Positions 35,009 to 42,461 of a stretch of DNA of 42,461 bases are shown here, one piece after another. The notes beneath the pieces are model-generated. The model saw only the letters and a list, made by a program, of their open reading frames with translations. It was not told where the DNA came from and searched no databases. Position 1 is the first letter of the stretch, and the number at the start of each line of letters is the position of its first letter. Source of the stretch: Akkermansiaceae bacterium UBA4145 (GTDB lineage Bacteria > Verrucomicrobiota > Verrucomicrobiia > Verrucomicrobiales > Akkermansiaceae); NCBI GenBank assembly GCA_002380675.1, contig DFWB01000200.1, positions 8,663-51,123 of the forward strand, written 5' to 3'. A program made the translations under genes and the position numbers.

Positions 35009-35902
35009 ATGACCAAGGCGACCTTCAATCAGATTATCTCCAGTCTCGCTACGATCTCGTGGGGAGCAGTTCCGGTCTATCTTTATACCAAAGGCCTTAT
35101 TGGTGAGTACCTGAGTGAGTCCTTTCACCTCATTGCACTGAGTGGAGGGCTGGCCATGATCGTTCTCGGGCTTTTCAATCTCCTTCACGCCGGACGGGAG
35201 GTGGGTTGCGGGCATGATCACAGCCACGAGCATGATCACAGCCACGACCATGATCACAGCCACGACCATGATCACAGCCACGACCATGATCACGGCCACG
35301 ACCATGATCACGGCCACGACCATGATCATCACGAGCAGAATCCAGTTGCTGCAATCTGCCTGATGATCATTCCGGTGATCCTGTGCACCGGATTTACCAA
35401 GCATGAATACTCCAAGGAAGCTCTCCGGTGGAAGGGCCTCTACAAACAGCGCACCCTTAAATCGCTGTACTCAACCTACAATACCGAATTTACTCGTGAG
35501 CTTCTCGAAAAGCGCACCCCCAAGACCTCGGAGGGAAATTTTCTCCTTCAGCTCACCGAGCTATATTGGTCTGCGGGGGATGAAAAAATCATGAAGATCT
35601 ATGATGGCCTTCCCGCGCAACTCGAAGGCCGTCTTATCGAGGAGGAGCCCACCCTCAATCCTGACAACAACCGCAAGCGCCTCTACAGGGTTGTGATGAC
35701 ATGCTGCGCAGCTGATGCCCAAGTACTAGGCGTGCCGCTCGAGTTCAGCGCCTCTGTCCCGTCAATCGCAGACAAGACATGGATTACCGCCAAAGGGAAA
35801 GTCGCCTTTGAGCTGATCGATGGGCAACATTTTGCCTACCTCAGCGACTGCGAAGTCGAAGCGACAGAAGCCCCTGAGGCCCAAAGTAAGAGGGGCCTCT
35901 GA
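35009..35902 (+). CDS. TIGR03943/DUF1980-type partner subunit of the two-component permease, with a long (HDHSHD)n His/Asp-rich loop
   Basis: There are two or three N-terminal TM segments and the loop GHDHSHEHDHSHDHDHSHDHDHSHDHDHGHDHDHGHDHDHHE. The C-terminal domain carries RLYRVVMTCCAADAQVLGVPLEF. It starts 12 nt after the permease stop. Confidence 0.8.
   Translation: MTKATFNQIISSLATISWGAVPVYLYTKGLIGEYLSESFHLIALSGGLAMIVLGLFNLLHAGREVGCGHDHSHEHDHSHDHDHSHDHDHSHDHDHGHDHDHGHDHDHHEQNPVAAICLMIIPVILCTGFTKHEYSKEALRWKGLYKQRTLKSLYSTYNTEFTRELLEKRTPKTSEGNFLLQLTELYWSAGDEKIMKIYDGLPAQLEGRLIEEEPTLNPDNNRKRLYRVVMTCCAADAQVLGVPLEFSASVPSIADKTWITAKGKVAFELIDGQHFAYLSDCEVEATEAPEAQSKRGL
35213..35335 (+). repeat. In-frame 18-bp tandem repeat, about 6.8 copies (CATGATCACAGCCACGAC), encoding HDHSHD units
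   Basis: Units start at 35213, 35231, 35249, 35267, 35285, 35303 and 35321 (the last partial). Units 2-4 are identical. Units 5-6 are identical to each other and differ from 2-4 by one A>G (Ser to Gly). Confidence 0.95.
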
Positions 35903-35935
35903 GGCACCCTACGTATTGCACCCTCCCTTCGTAGA

Positions 35936-36919
35936 TTAGAAGTCCGATTCTTCAGAAGAATCGGAAGCTCCTTCCGAGGCTCCGGGCTCCTCTGCTGGCG
36001 GAGTGGCAACTTGTCCCTTCACTGCCGCCTGAAATTCCGTGATCCAAGTCGCTATGTCCCGGTGAGCCGGATGGGCTTCAATATGTTTCAGCATTCGGAG
36101 GGCCGCCTGCTTTTGGTCCCCAACGCCGAACAGGTCCATTTCCTTCTTCCACTGCAACTGCGGCCGTCGAACTCCAAGAAACTTTTCCATCGGAGCGGAA
36201 TGCTCCGGGCGGCCAAGCCCCTTCTTCGGCTTGTTCCATATCTCTATCATCTTCCCCTCATGGAGGATTCTTCGATCCCAAGCCTGCCCCAGTTCGGTCA
36301 GAGTCTTCATGCTGCGCAGAGAAGGCAGGACCAGCCCCTCATAAACCGCTTCCAACTGCAGAGGCGAACCAGGCCAATCAGTAATATCAATATTATCAAC
36401 GGAATAGGCCTCGGCGAAGACGGTGCCCAGAACGTTCTGGCGAAGCATCGCCTGCGCACCCTCCAGGTCCTCCGCGTCCTTGAGGACCGTATCGATATGA
36501 TCGAGAGCCTTTACCCACATTTCATCCCTCTTCTTGGGCTCAGAGGCGGCCTCGAGCGTGAGAAGGAGCCAGTTCAATTGATGCCGGAGGGCGCGGCGAA
36601 AAGCCGGGCTATCTGAACGCTCCTTATGGCGCCTCTTCCAATCACGAAACTCACTTCCACTCTTCTGTTCCTCCTCAAACTTCACTTTCTCCGTGCAATT
36701 CACAAAAAGAGCGTATGCCGCGGAGTCACTTTGGATTGCGGATCGAAATGCGGAATGGGCAGTAGTATAGCGGGCACCAATAGCCTTTTGAGATCCTTCT
36801 TTGAGAGTCTTAATCTTCTCTAGAAGAAGCTGAACGTCGAGCGCACTCAGCTTCTCCGGCTCACCGGAGAGAGGGGAAGAAAATACTAGAAGCAACAGAA
36901 AGGCGGAAAATCTCGACAT
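35936..36919 (-). CDS. Hypothetical secreted alpha-helical protein with an acidic C-terminal tail
   Basis: 327 aa with the signal peptide MSRFSAFLLLLVFSSPLSG. I recognise no family. It is a clean long ORF with ATG at 36919. Confidence 0.6.
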   Translation of the reverse strand: MSRFSAFLLLLVFSSPLSGEPEKLSALDVQLLLEKIKTLKEGSQKAIGARYTTAHSAFRSAIQSDSAAYALFVNCTEKVKFEEEQKSGSEFRDWKRRHKERSDSPAFRRALRHQLNWLLLTLEAASEPKKRDEMWVKALDHIDTVLKDAEDLEGAQAMLRQNVLGTVFAEAYSVDNIDITDWPGSPLQLEAVYEGLVLPSLRSMKTLTELGQAWDRRILHEGKMIEIWNKPKKGLGRPEHSAPMEKFLGVRRPQLQWKKEMDLFGVGDQKQAALRMLKHIEAHPAHRDIATWITEFQAAVKGQVATPPAEEPGASEGASDSSEESDF

Positions 36920-37303
36920 GGCTAAAAAAGGAACGGTGCCCGACCCTCAACCAATTAAAGCAACGGATCAAAGGGAATTTACATAGACTTGCCCAACATC
37001 CCCTATTTTGGGCCAACCTAATGACGGGCAAAAGCGGCTACAATCGTGAGAAGCAGCCTCCACGACTACCCCGTGAGCACTATCATGAGCAGCCCACCTG
37101 TGTCCCAGAACGCCCCCTCGGGTGGGTTGAGTGGCTCTCCCATTCGTTGCGCCCATAATTTAAGCCAAACACCAACTCGACTACGGCAACTGCGTGTCAC
37201 CAAAACAAGATCCTCCTCTCCCGGCTCTAACCCCAAATCACCCGTCCCATAACAAAGCATCAGACGGAGACCGGACTCTCTTCTGAAGAAAGCGTCTTCC
37301 CCC

Positions 37304-37996
37304 CTATCCAGTTGTTTTCCGTAACCTCCCACAAGCCCTCATACAAAGAATACTATAGAAAATCGGAATAAGGCCAAAGCATGCTCCAATGATCAAATTC
37401 GCTTCCAGCATTGGGCTCTCCAAATGTTCCGGAACGCCAACAAGAGGCAGGGGGTATGCTCCATCACTCCACGCATAGGCAAGAGCTGTCAGGCCGACTG
37501 AAAGAACTAGCCATCCCAGGCGCGCAATTGATCTTGGCGCCCTCCTACGAGTTGCGAGAAGGGCTATTCCGAAGGAGACAGCCCATAGAGCGGCCCCGAT
37601 TGCAGCTGTGAGCAAGAGCACCAGCATGAACCCCACCCCGCCTCCTATCACCATGGGGACACCAAAAGTGCTGAAAATATTTTTGAGAGCCCCGAGAGGA
37701 AAGGCCGTGCCATCTGAGCGCGCCTTGTGCAAGACCAGCAGACTCGAGTAAAGTGCCACGAGGAGCAGGGCCACCAGCCAGCAAACTACCCAAGCAATTT
37801 CCGAAATGCCCGTTGTTGCAACCGTTCCCTTGTCGAGATCCGACATTTCGCGGAGAAAAAGCACGGAAGAGAGTATCAGCACAAGGCTTCCTCCACCCAG
37901 CAGGGCCAACCGGAGAACGGCAAGATAGGCGGACCCCCGTCCCTGCGGGGATCCCGCTATCCGTTGGGCCTTACCTCCCTTGGCATTACTTGTCAC
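37304..37996 (-). CDS. Hypothetical integral membrane protein (about 6 TM segments)
   Basis: 230 aa with repeated hydrophobic stretches (LALLGGGSLVLILSSVLFL, IAWVVCWLVALLLVALYSSLLVL, MVIGGGVGFMLVLLLTAAIGAALWAV, and others). It uses a GTG start. I recognise no family. Confidence 0.5.
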   Translation of the reverse strand: MTSNAKGGKAQRIAGSPQGRGSAYLAVLRLALLGGGSLVLILSSVLFLREMSDLDKGTVATTGISEIAWVVCWLVALLLVALYSSLLVLHKARSDGTAFPLGALKNIFSTFGVPMVIGGGVGFMLVLLLTAAIGAALWAVSFGIALLATRRRAPRSIARLGWLVLSVGLTALAYAWSDGAYPLPLVGVPEHLESPMLEANLIIGACFGLIPIFYSILCMRACGRLRKTTG

Positions 37997-38240
37997 GGCG
38001 ACCAGCCTACATTTTCACCTGAGAGATTCAAACCGACAGAGCCTTTACCAGAGGCAGCCATTCCCTTTTCTCGCCCCCAAGACTACAATTTAAGGGAAAT
38101 TCCTTGCCAAGGAGGTCTCAATTGCCTACTTCCCCCGCCCCTTCCTCGCGCCGCCGCAGAACAATGGAGAGCCGAAGGGGAACAATACGCGGCGGGCCTC
38201 CTGACAAAAGAGCTTCTGTGAATCAACGGAAGACACCGAA

Positions 38241-38924
38241 ATGATAAACGACCTAATAAAGGAAATGGTAGAGGCGGGAGTCCATTACGGACACCAGACC
38301 CGCAAGTGGAACCCGGGAATGCGCCCCTACCTGATGAGGGACAAAGGAGGCATTCACATCATTAACCTCGAGGAAACCGTGCGCTGCCTCGACAAGGCCT
38401 CGGACTTCATCTCCGGGCTGGCCGCCAAGAAGAGAAAGATTCTTTTTGTCGGCTGTAAACAGCAGGCTCAGCAGGCAGTCAGCGAAGCAGCTCAGGCAGC
38501 TGGACAATTTTACGTCAACCACCGGTGGCTGGGTGGCACTCTGACAAACCTGACCACCATCCGGAAATCTGTTGAACGTCTGAAATATCTCGAGGGCATC
38601 GAGAAGGCCCCGGAGTATAAGGCCATGTCAAAGAAAGAGCTGGCCGCTCTGAACCGCGAAAAAAACAAACTTCTTCGCAACCTTCAGGGCATTCGCGAAA
38701 TGGATAAGCCGCCCCAGGCTGTCGTAATTGTCGACACCGCCAAGGAATCCATCGCAGTCGCCGAAGCCCGGCGGCTCAAGATTCCCATCGTAGGAATCAT
38801 TGATACCAATGGGGACCCCAGCGTCATCGATTACCCCATTCCTGCAAATGACGACTCGATCCGCTCAGTCCGGATTATCTTGCAGAACCTTGTCGACTCC
38901 ATCGTAGTTGCCAGCAAGGGCTAG
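38241..38924 (+). CDS. rpsB: 30S ribosomal protein S2
   Basis: MVEAGVHYGHQTRKWNPGMRPYL...GIHIINLEET...ILFVGCKQQA...NHRWLGGTLTN...VVIVDTAKESIAVAEARRLKIPIVGIIDTN. Confidence 0.97.
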   Translation: MINDLIKEMVEAGVHYGHQTRKWNPGMRPYLMRDKGGIHIINLEETVRCLDKASDFISGLAAKKRKILFVGCKQQAQQAVSEAAQAAGQFYVNHRWLGGTLTNLTTIRKSVERLKYLEGIEKAPEYKAMSKKELAALNREKNKLLRNLQGIREMDKPPQAVVIVDTAKESIAVAEARRLKIPIVGIIDTNGDPSVIDYPIPANDDSIRSVRIILQNLVDSIVVASKG

Positions 38925-39009
38925 AGCGCGTCCCTTTCAGGCAGAAGCTGTACCAAGCTCCGCCCTTAAAGGGCTCATCTGAACCGATCAACACCAAGCT
39001 TACCACCCA

Positions 39010-39879
39010 ATGTCTATTACCGCCTCTCAAGTTAAGGAACTCCGCGACCGCACCAATGCAGGCATGATGGAGTGCAAGAAAGCACTACAGGAAACTGATG
39101 GAGATATCGAGGCTGCCATCAAAAAGCTACGAGAAGCCGGGGCTATCAAGGCCGCCAAGAAGGCGGATCGCTCCGCGAAGGAAGGCATCGTTGCCGCACA
39201 AATTGAACCGGATGCCAAGCATGGCATCCTTGCAGAGATCAACTGTGAGACCGACTTCGTAGCCAAGAACGACAACTTTCAGGCATTTGTCGCGGAGCTG
39301 GTCAGCGCCGTCGCGGAGTCGGGAGCCACCGATGTGGAGGCCGCGCACGCGCTTCCGCATGCCGACGGCAGTATCGAGGACTTCGTAAAGTCCAAGGTGA
39401 TTGAACTTGGAGAGAACCTGCAGTTCCGCCGGATGACACGCTACGATATGGAGGGATCAGGATTGGTCGGCTCCTATATTCACCTCGGAGGCAAGGTCGG
39501 GGTCATGCTGGAAGTGGGGTGCGAAAACGACGATACCGCGTCAAACGATGACTTTCGGGCCCTCGTCAAGGACTTGACCCTCCACATTGCCGCACTTTCT
39601 CCTGCAGGGATCAACCGCGACGATATTCCCGCCGAACTCGTTGAGTCGGAGAAGGAAATTGCCCGGAAGGAGCTGGAAGCCCGCGGAGTACCCGCAGAGC
39701 GTATCGACGGGGCCGCCCAGGGAAAACTTGGCAAATTCTACGCCGAGCGGTGCCTGCTGGAGCAATCTTTCGTTAAGGACCCAGACGTTTCTGTAGGAAC
39801 ACTCCTTGAGACGACGGGAAAGTCACTTGGTGATACCCTGTCAATTCGTCGGTTTGTGCGTTACGCGCTAGGCGAGTAA
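39010..39879 (+). CDS. tsf: Translation elongation factor Ts
   Basis: MSITASQVKELRDRTNAGMMECKKALQETDGDIEAAIKKLREAG is the UBA-like N-terminus. CETDFVAKND and the conserved rpsB-tsf gene order also support the call. Confidence 0.97.
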   Translation: MSITASQVKELRDRTNAGMMECKKALQETDGDIEAAIKKLREAGAIKAAKKADRSAKEGIVAAQIEPDAKHGILAEINCETDFVAKNDNFQAFVAELVSAVAESGATDVEAAHALPHADGSIEDFVKSKVIELGENLQFRRMTRYDMEGSGLVGSYIHLGGKVGVMLEVGCENDDTASNDDFRALVKDLTLHIAALSPAGINRDDIPAELVESEKEIARKELEARGVPAERIDGAAQGKLGKFYAERCLLEQSFVKDPDVSVGTLLETTGKSLGDTLSIRRFVRYALGE

Positions 39880-39908
39880 CGCTCGCCCAACCCACAACCT
39901 TTTATGCA

Positions 39909-39941
39909 AGCCCCGCGTTTACTCGCGGGGTTTTTTGTTTT
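39909..39941 (+). terminator. Rho-independent terminator of rpsB-tsf
   Basis: The stem is CCCCGCG (39911-39917) with CGCGGGG (39924-39930), the loop is TTTACT, and it is followed by TTTTTTGTTTT. It lies 31 nt after the tsf stop. Confidence 0.85.
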
Positions 39942-40018
39942 GCATCGGGCTCGCTCGCTTTCCCCAAAACCCAAAATAATTCTGGCCTTCCCCCCTCCGC
40001 ACCCTTAGGCGCTTAACT

Positions 40019-40561
40019 GTGATCCCCAAACTCCTTTCTCCTCTGCTGATTCTCCTCCTCTGGCTCACTTCTGGAAATGCCCTTCAGGCAGGTAAGCTCT
40101 CTTTTTCGAATGGCCGCTTCTCCGTCGAGATTCCCGCCGGATGGAAAAAATCTTCAATAAAGGAAGAAAGCTCTGCTCTATTGCAATTCGATGCCCCGGG
40201 CGGCTCAGGTTCTTTTTCCACCTACCAACTCCCCGTAGTGAAAGAGAGGAAGGCTGACCTTGAGGGGACCCTCACGGCAAGAATCAGAGCGTTTGAAAAG
40301 GCTGGGCTGAAGCTCAGCGCCAAGGTCCAATCGCAAAAGCAGGAGAACTTCGACGGCAAACCCGCAATCTTCGGAGTGGTTCCCGTAGAAGCAACTGCCC
40401 AAGGCGTGGTCGTCAGATTTACCTATTATCTTGTCCTCATCGATGCGAAGGATTCCGTGATCCTCATGCAGGCCGCTCTTCCCCGGCCCCTCACCCCAGA
40501 GCTCCAAAAAGACGCGCTCTCGATCATCCAGTCCTTCCGGGAAAAATCTCCCGGATTCTGA
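40019..40561 (+). CDS. Hypothetical secreted protein
   Basis: 180 aa with a GTG start and the signal peptide IPKLLSPLLILLLWLTSGNALQA. I can assign no family confidently. Confidence 0.5.
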   Translation: MIPKLLSPLLILLLWLTSGNALQAGKLSFSNGRFSVEIPAGWKKSSIKEESSALLQFDAPGGSGSFSTYQLPVVKERKADLEGTLTARIRAFEKAGLKLSAKVQSQKQENFDGKPAIFGVVPVEATAQGVVVRFTYYLVLIDAKDSVILMQAALPRPLTPELQKDALSIIQSFREKSPGF

Positions 40562-40563
40562 CC

Positions 40564-41373
40564 CTATTCCTCGGACGGCAACGATTTCGCACGCGCCCAG
40601 CCGCGCTCCATCTCTGCCAGGCTGGCATCCTTAAGCGAGTTGCCTCTTGCAAGCAGTTCCCTCTCCATCACCGCGAACCGGTCCTCGAATTTTACATTCG
40701 TCCCCTCTAGGGCAACCTCGGGATCGACCCCCAGTTTGCGGGCCAGGTTCACAACGGAGAAAAGTAAATCTCCCACTTCGGCCTCGAGAGCAGCCGTTGC
40801 CTCCTCTCCATTAGTAGGCAACTCATCCTTTACCTCCTTTAGCTCTTCATCGATTTTAGCCACAACCCCCTCAAGGTCCGGCCAGTCGAAGCCCACCTTG
40901 CCGGCCTTTTTCTGGAGCTTTCCCGCCCGCAGGACAGCAGGGAGGCCCTTACCCACTCCATGAAGATAAGGCTTCGCCTCATCCCCTTTTTCCTCACGCT
41001 TGATCTCTTCCCACCGGTTCAGAACCGCTCCGGTATCCTCGGCTTCGCCATCGGAATAGACATGCGGATGACGCCGCACCAGCTTATCGCAAATCCCCTT
41101 TGCGATATCATCAAGGTTGTATCTCCCTTGTTCCTCAGCGAGTTCACCATGAAACACCACTTGTAGAAGCAGGTCTCCCAGCTCTTCCTCCAGATGCACC
41201 CAGTCTTCCCGCCGGATCGCATCGACAGTTTCATACGTTTCTTCGATTAAATTTGAAATGAGACTAGCATGAGACTGCTCCGCATCCCATGGGCACCCCC
41301 CCGGAGCCCGCAGCCTATGCATAATGGCCCGCAGCCTCTCCATTTGACGCCCGGGAACCGCGCAATTGATCAT
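40564..41373 (-). CDS. mazG: Nucleoside triphosphate pyrophosphohydrolase MazG (tandem MazG domains)
   Basis: MERLRAIMHRLRAPGGCPWDAEQSHASLISNLIEETYETVDAI...EELGDLLLQVVF...RRHPHVY forms the first domain. The second domain has EELKEV and EVGDLLFSVVNLAR. The start is uncertain: ATG 41373 (chosen), 41343 or 41445. Confidence 0.88.
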   Translation of the reverse strand: MINCAVPGRQMERLRAIMHRLRAPGGCPWDAEQSHASLISNLIEETYETVDAIRREDWVHLEEELGDLLLQVVFHGELAEEQGRYNLDDIAKGICDKLVRRHPHVYSDGEAEDTGAVLNRWEEIKREEKGDEAKPYLHGVGKGLPAVLRAGKLQKKAGKVGFDWPDLEGVVAKIDEELKEVKDELPTNGEEATAALEAEVGDLLFSVVNLARKLGVDPEVALEGTNVKFEDRFAVMERELLARGNSLKDASLAEMERGWARAKSLPSEE

Positions 41374-41483
41374 CTCCTCATCCGTCACAAAGGAAGTGAA
41401 GGCGAAACCAGAGCGAAAAGAGAGCCTTAAAAAATATTGCCCCAACTCACAGGCCGCTCCCTGCCGGCGACTTACCTCGCTGC

Positions 41484-42368
41484 TTATTTATTACCTGAAT
41501 CGCTAAGAAACTTTCTCTCCTCTTCCGTGAGAGACTGCAGACCATGATCATTGATCTTATCAAGAATCCGGTCAACGTCGACGTCTTCTCCCCCGCGGTC
41601 CTTGATTCTTGGCCCCAGCTTACGAGTGTAGCTTTTTTTCTCTTTGGTAATACGAATTCCAAAGCCTCCTCGTTTCCTTGAGGGTCCACCCCGGGAGCGC
41701 GCAAGGTTCTGAAGAAATTGGCGGAGCATGGGAATTTTCCACATGAGAAACCCTGCCAGCGCCCCTCCAAGATGCCCGGCCTCTCCCCCTGCATTCCTCC
41801 CTCCGGAAAGAACCACGAATACGCCCCAGGCGAGTATGATAATGGCAAGAAGCCGCATAGTGAGAGTCACAGGGGGGAAAAGGAGCTGAACCCGCATATC
41901 CGGCGCGATCAGCGCCGCCATAGCCAGAATGCCAAAGATTCCACCCGATGCTCCCACCACGCCAACATCCGAGTAGGAAGAATTGCTGGAAACAAGAACA
42001 GCATACCCCAGAGCACCCGCTCCGCCACAGAGCAGATAAAAGGCAAGAAAGGCCCGGCTTCGGAGCTGCTGCTCGACAAATGCGCCAAAAAAATAAATCG
42101 CAATGGAATTGAAGAAGAGATGCCCAAAATTTCCATGAAGAAACTGGAACGTAATGAACCTCCAGATCTGAAAGCCCAGAATACCTTTTTCGACCGTAAA
42201 GCAGCCCACTGCTTCAAATGCGCCCCTCAGATCGAGCAAAAGTCCTAGGAGGAACACTCCCAGATTGACGATCAGAAGCCACTTTACGACCGGAGCCCCG
42301 GCAAGACGGCTAGGAGGGCGTCCGCCACCCTCCCTGAAATACTCTCTATCAGCATAGCCCATCTCCAT
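41484..42368 (-). CDS. Rhomboid-family intramembrane serine protease
   Basis: Motifs are WRFITFQFLHGNFGHLFFN, the catalytic Ser motif GASGGIFG and the catalytic His in GHLGGALAGFL. There is a cytoplasmic C-terminal extension. Confidence 0.88.
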   Translation of the reverse strand: MEMGYADREYFREGGGRPPSRLAGAPVVKWLLIVNLGVFLLGLLLDLRGAFEAVGCFTVEKGILGFQIWRFITFQFLHGNFGHLFFNSIAIYFFGAFVEQQLRSRAFLAFYLLCGGAGALGYAVLVSSNSSYSDVGVVGASGGIFGILAMAALIAPDMRVQLLFPPVTLTMRLLAIIILAWGVFVVLSGGRNAGGEAGHLGGALAGFLMWKIPMLRQFLQNLARSRGGPSRKRGGFGIRITKEKKSYTRKLGPRIKDRGGEDVDVDRILDKINDHGLQSLTEEERKFLSDSGNK

Positions 42369-42374
42369 TCTCTC

Positions 42375-42461
42375 TTACCATTGCCTGACGCCTTTCTCAA
42401 GCGAAGCAGTCCTGATTACGAATCCGTCGTAAACAAACTCTCCTTTTACCCCGTAAGCACC
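42375..42461 (-). CDS. 3' end (last 28 codons) of an unidentified gene running off the right edge
   Basis: My own minus-strand translation gives ...GAYGVKGEFVYDGFVIRTASLEKGVRQW followed by TAA at 42377-42375. It lies 6 nt upstream of the rhomboid ATG. It is too short to identify. Confidence 0.35.
   Translation of the reverse strand, partial: GAYGVKGEFVYDGFVIRTASLEKGVRQW

Noticed and set aside
34859-35404. 181-aa minus-strand ORF with a striking VVAVIM repeat
   Set aside because: It is the reverse-complement reading of the 18-bp His-codon tandem repeat. The sense strand encodes a recognisable TIGR03943/DUF1980 protein.
37100-37160. Possible cobalamin-riboswitch-like strings (minus sense GCGCAACGAATGG ... 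AGCCACTC) in the 383-nt spacer
   Set aside because: These are short partial resemblances to the B12-box region only. The other conserved riboswitch segments are not evident, and the downstream gene is not B12-related.

Overview
This is a 42.5-kb chromosomal window with about 37 protein-coding genes. It has no rRNA or tRNA genes, no CRISPR array and no transposase or integrase. The gene content includes DapL-type lysine biosynthesis, a Cys-type sulfatase with a formylglycine-generating enzyme, Tat-exported Gfo/Idh/MocA oxidoreductases, DUF1080 proteins, a 1327-aa beta-helix exoprotein and an SHD1-like domain. Together these suggest a PVC-superphylum genome, probably a marine Verrucomicrobiota-like one (inference only). 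Layout: (i) 1-8323, minus strand, is a glycan-biosynthesis operon. It is headed by a winged-helix regulator and a specialised NusG paralogue, followed by a 340-nt leader, GDP-mannose 3,5-epimerase, a GT26 glycosyltransferase, DUF2061, cysC-cysD-cysN (PAPS supply), a nucleotide-sugar dehydrogenase and KpsF. (ii) 8530-14331, plus strand and divergent, holds a giant beta-helix/DUF2341/LamG exoprotein and a sulfatase that share a C-terminal module. (iii) Housekeeping genes are dnaE, glnB, dapL, sodA, rpsB-tsf, mazG and a rhomboid protease. (iv) 23835-32215 is a periplasmic sugar-oxidation-type cluster (tandem DUF1080, three Gfo/Idh/MocA, an NHS-type MFS transporter, FGE). (v) 32293-35902 holds a periplasmic BCP/PrxQ peroxiredoxin, ApbE, and a His-rich two-component permease pair carrying an 18-bp coding tandem repeat. 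The most noteworthy observations are three. First, the peroxiredoxin has an in-frame TGA at its peroxidatic Cys codon, followed by a hairpin, making it a candidate selenoprotein that the ORF track splits into two ORFs. Second, the PAPS/L-galactose glycan operon carries an ops/JUMPStart-like element in its leader. Third, an AATGAACT motif recurs in that operon's control regions.
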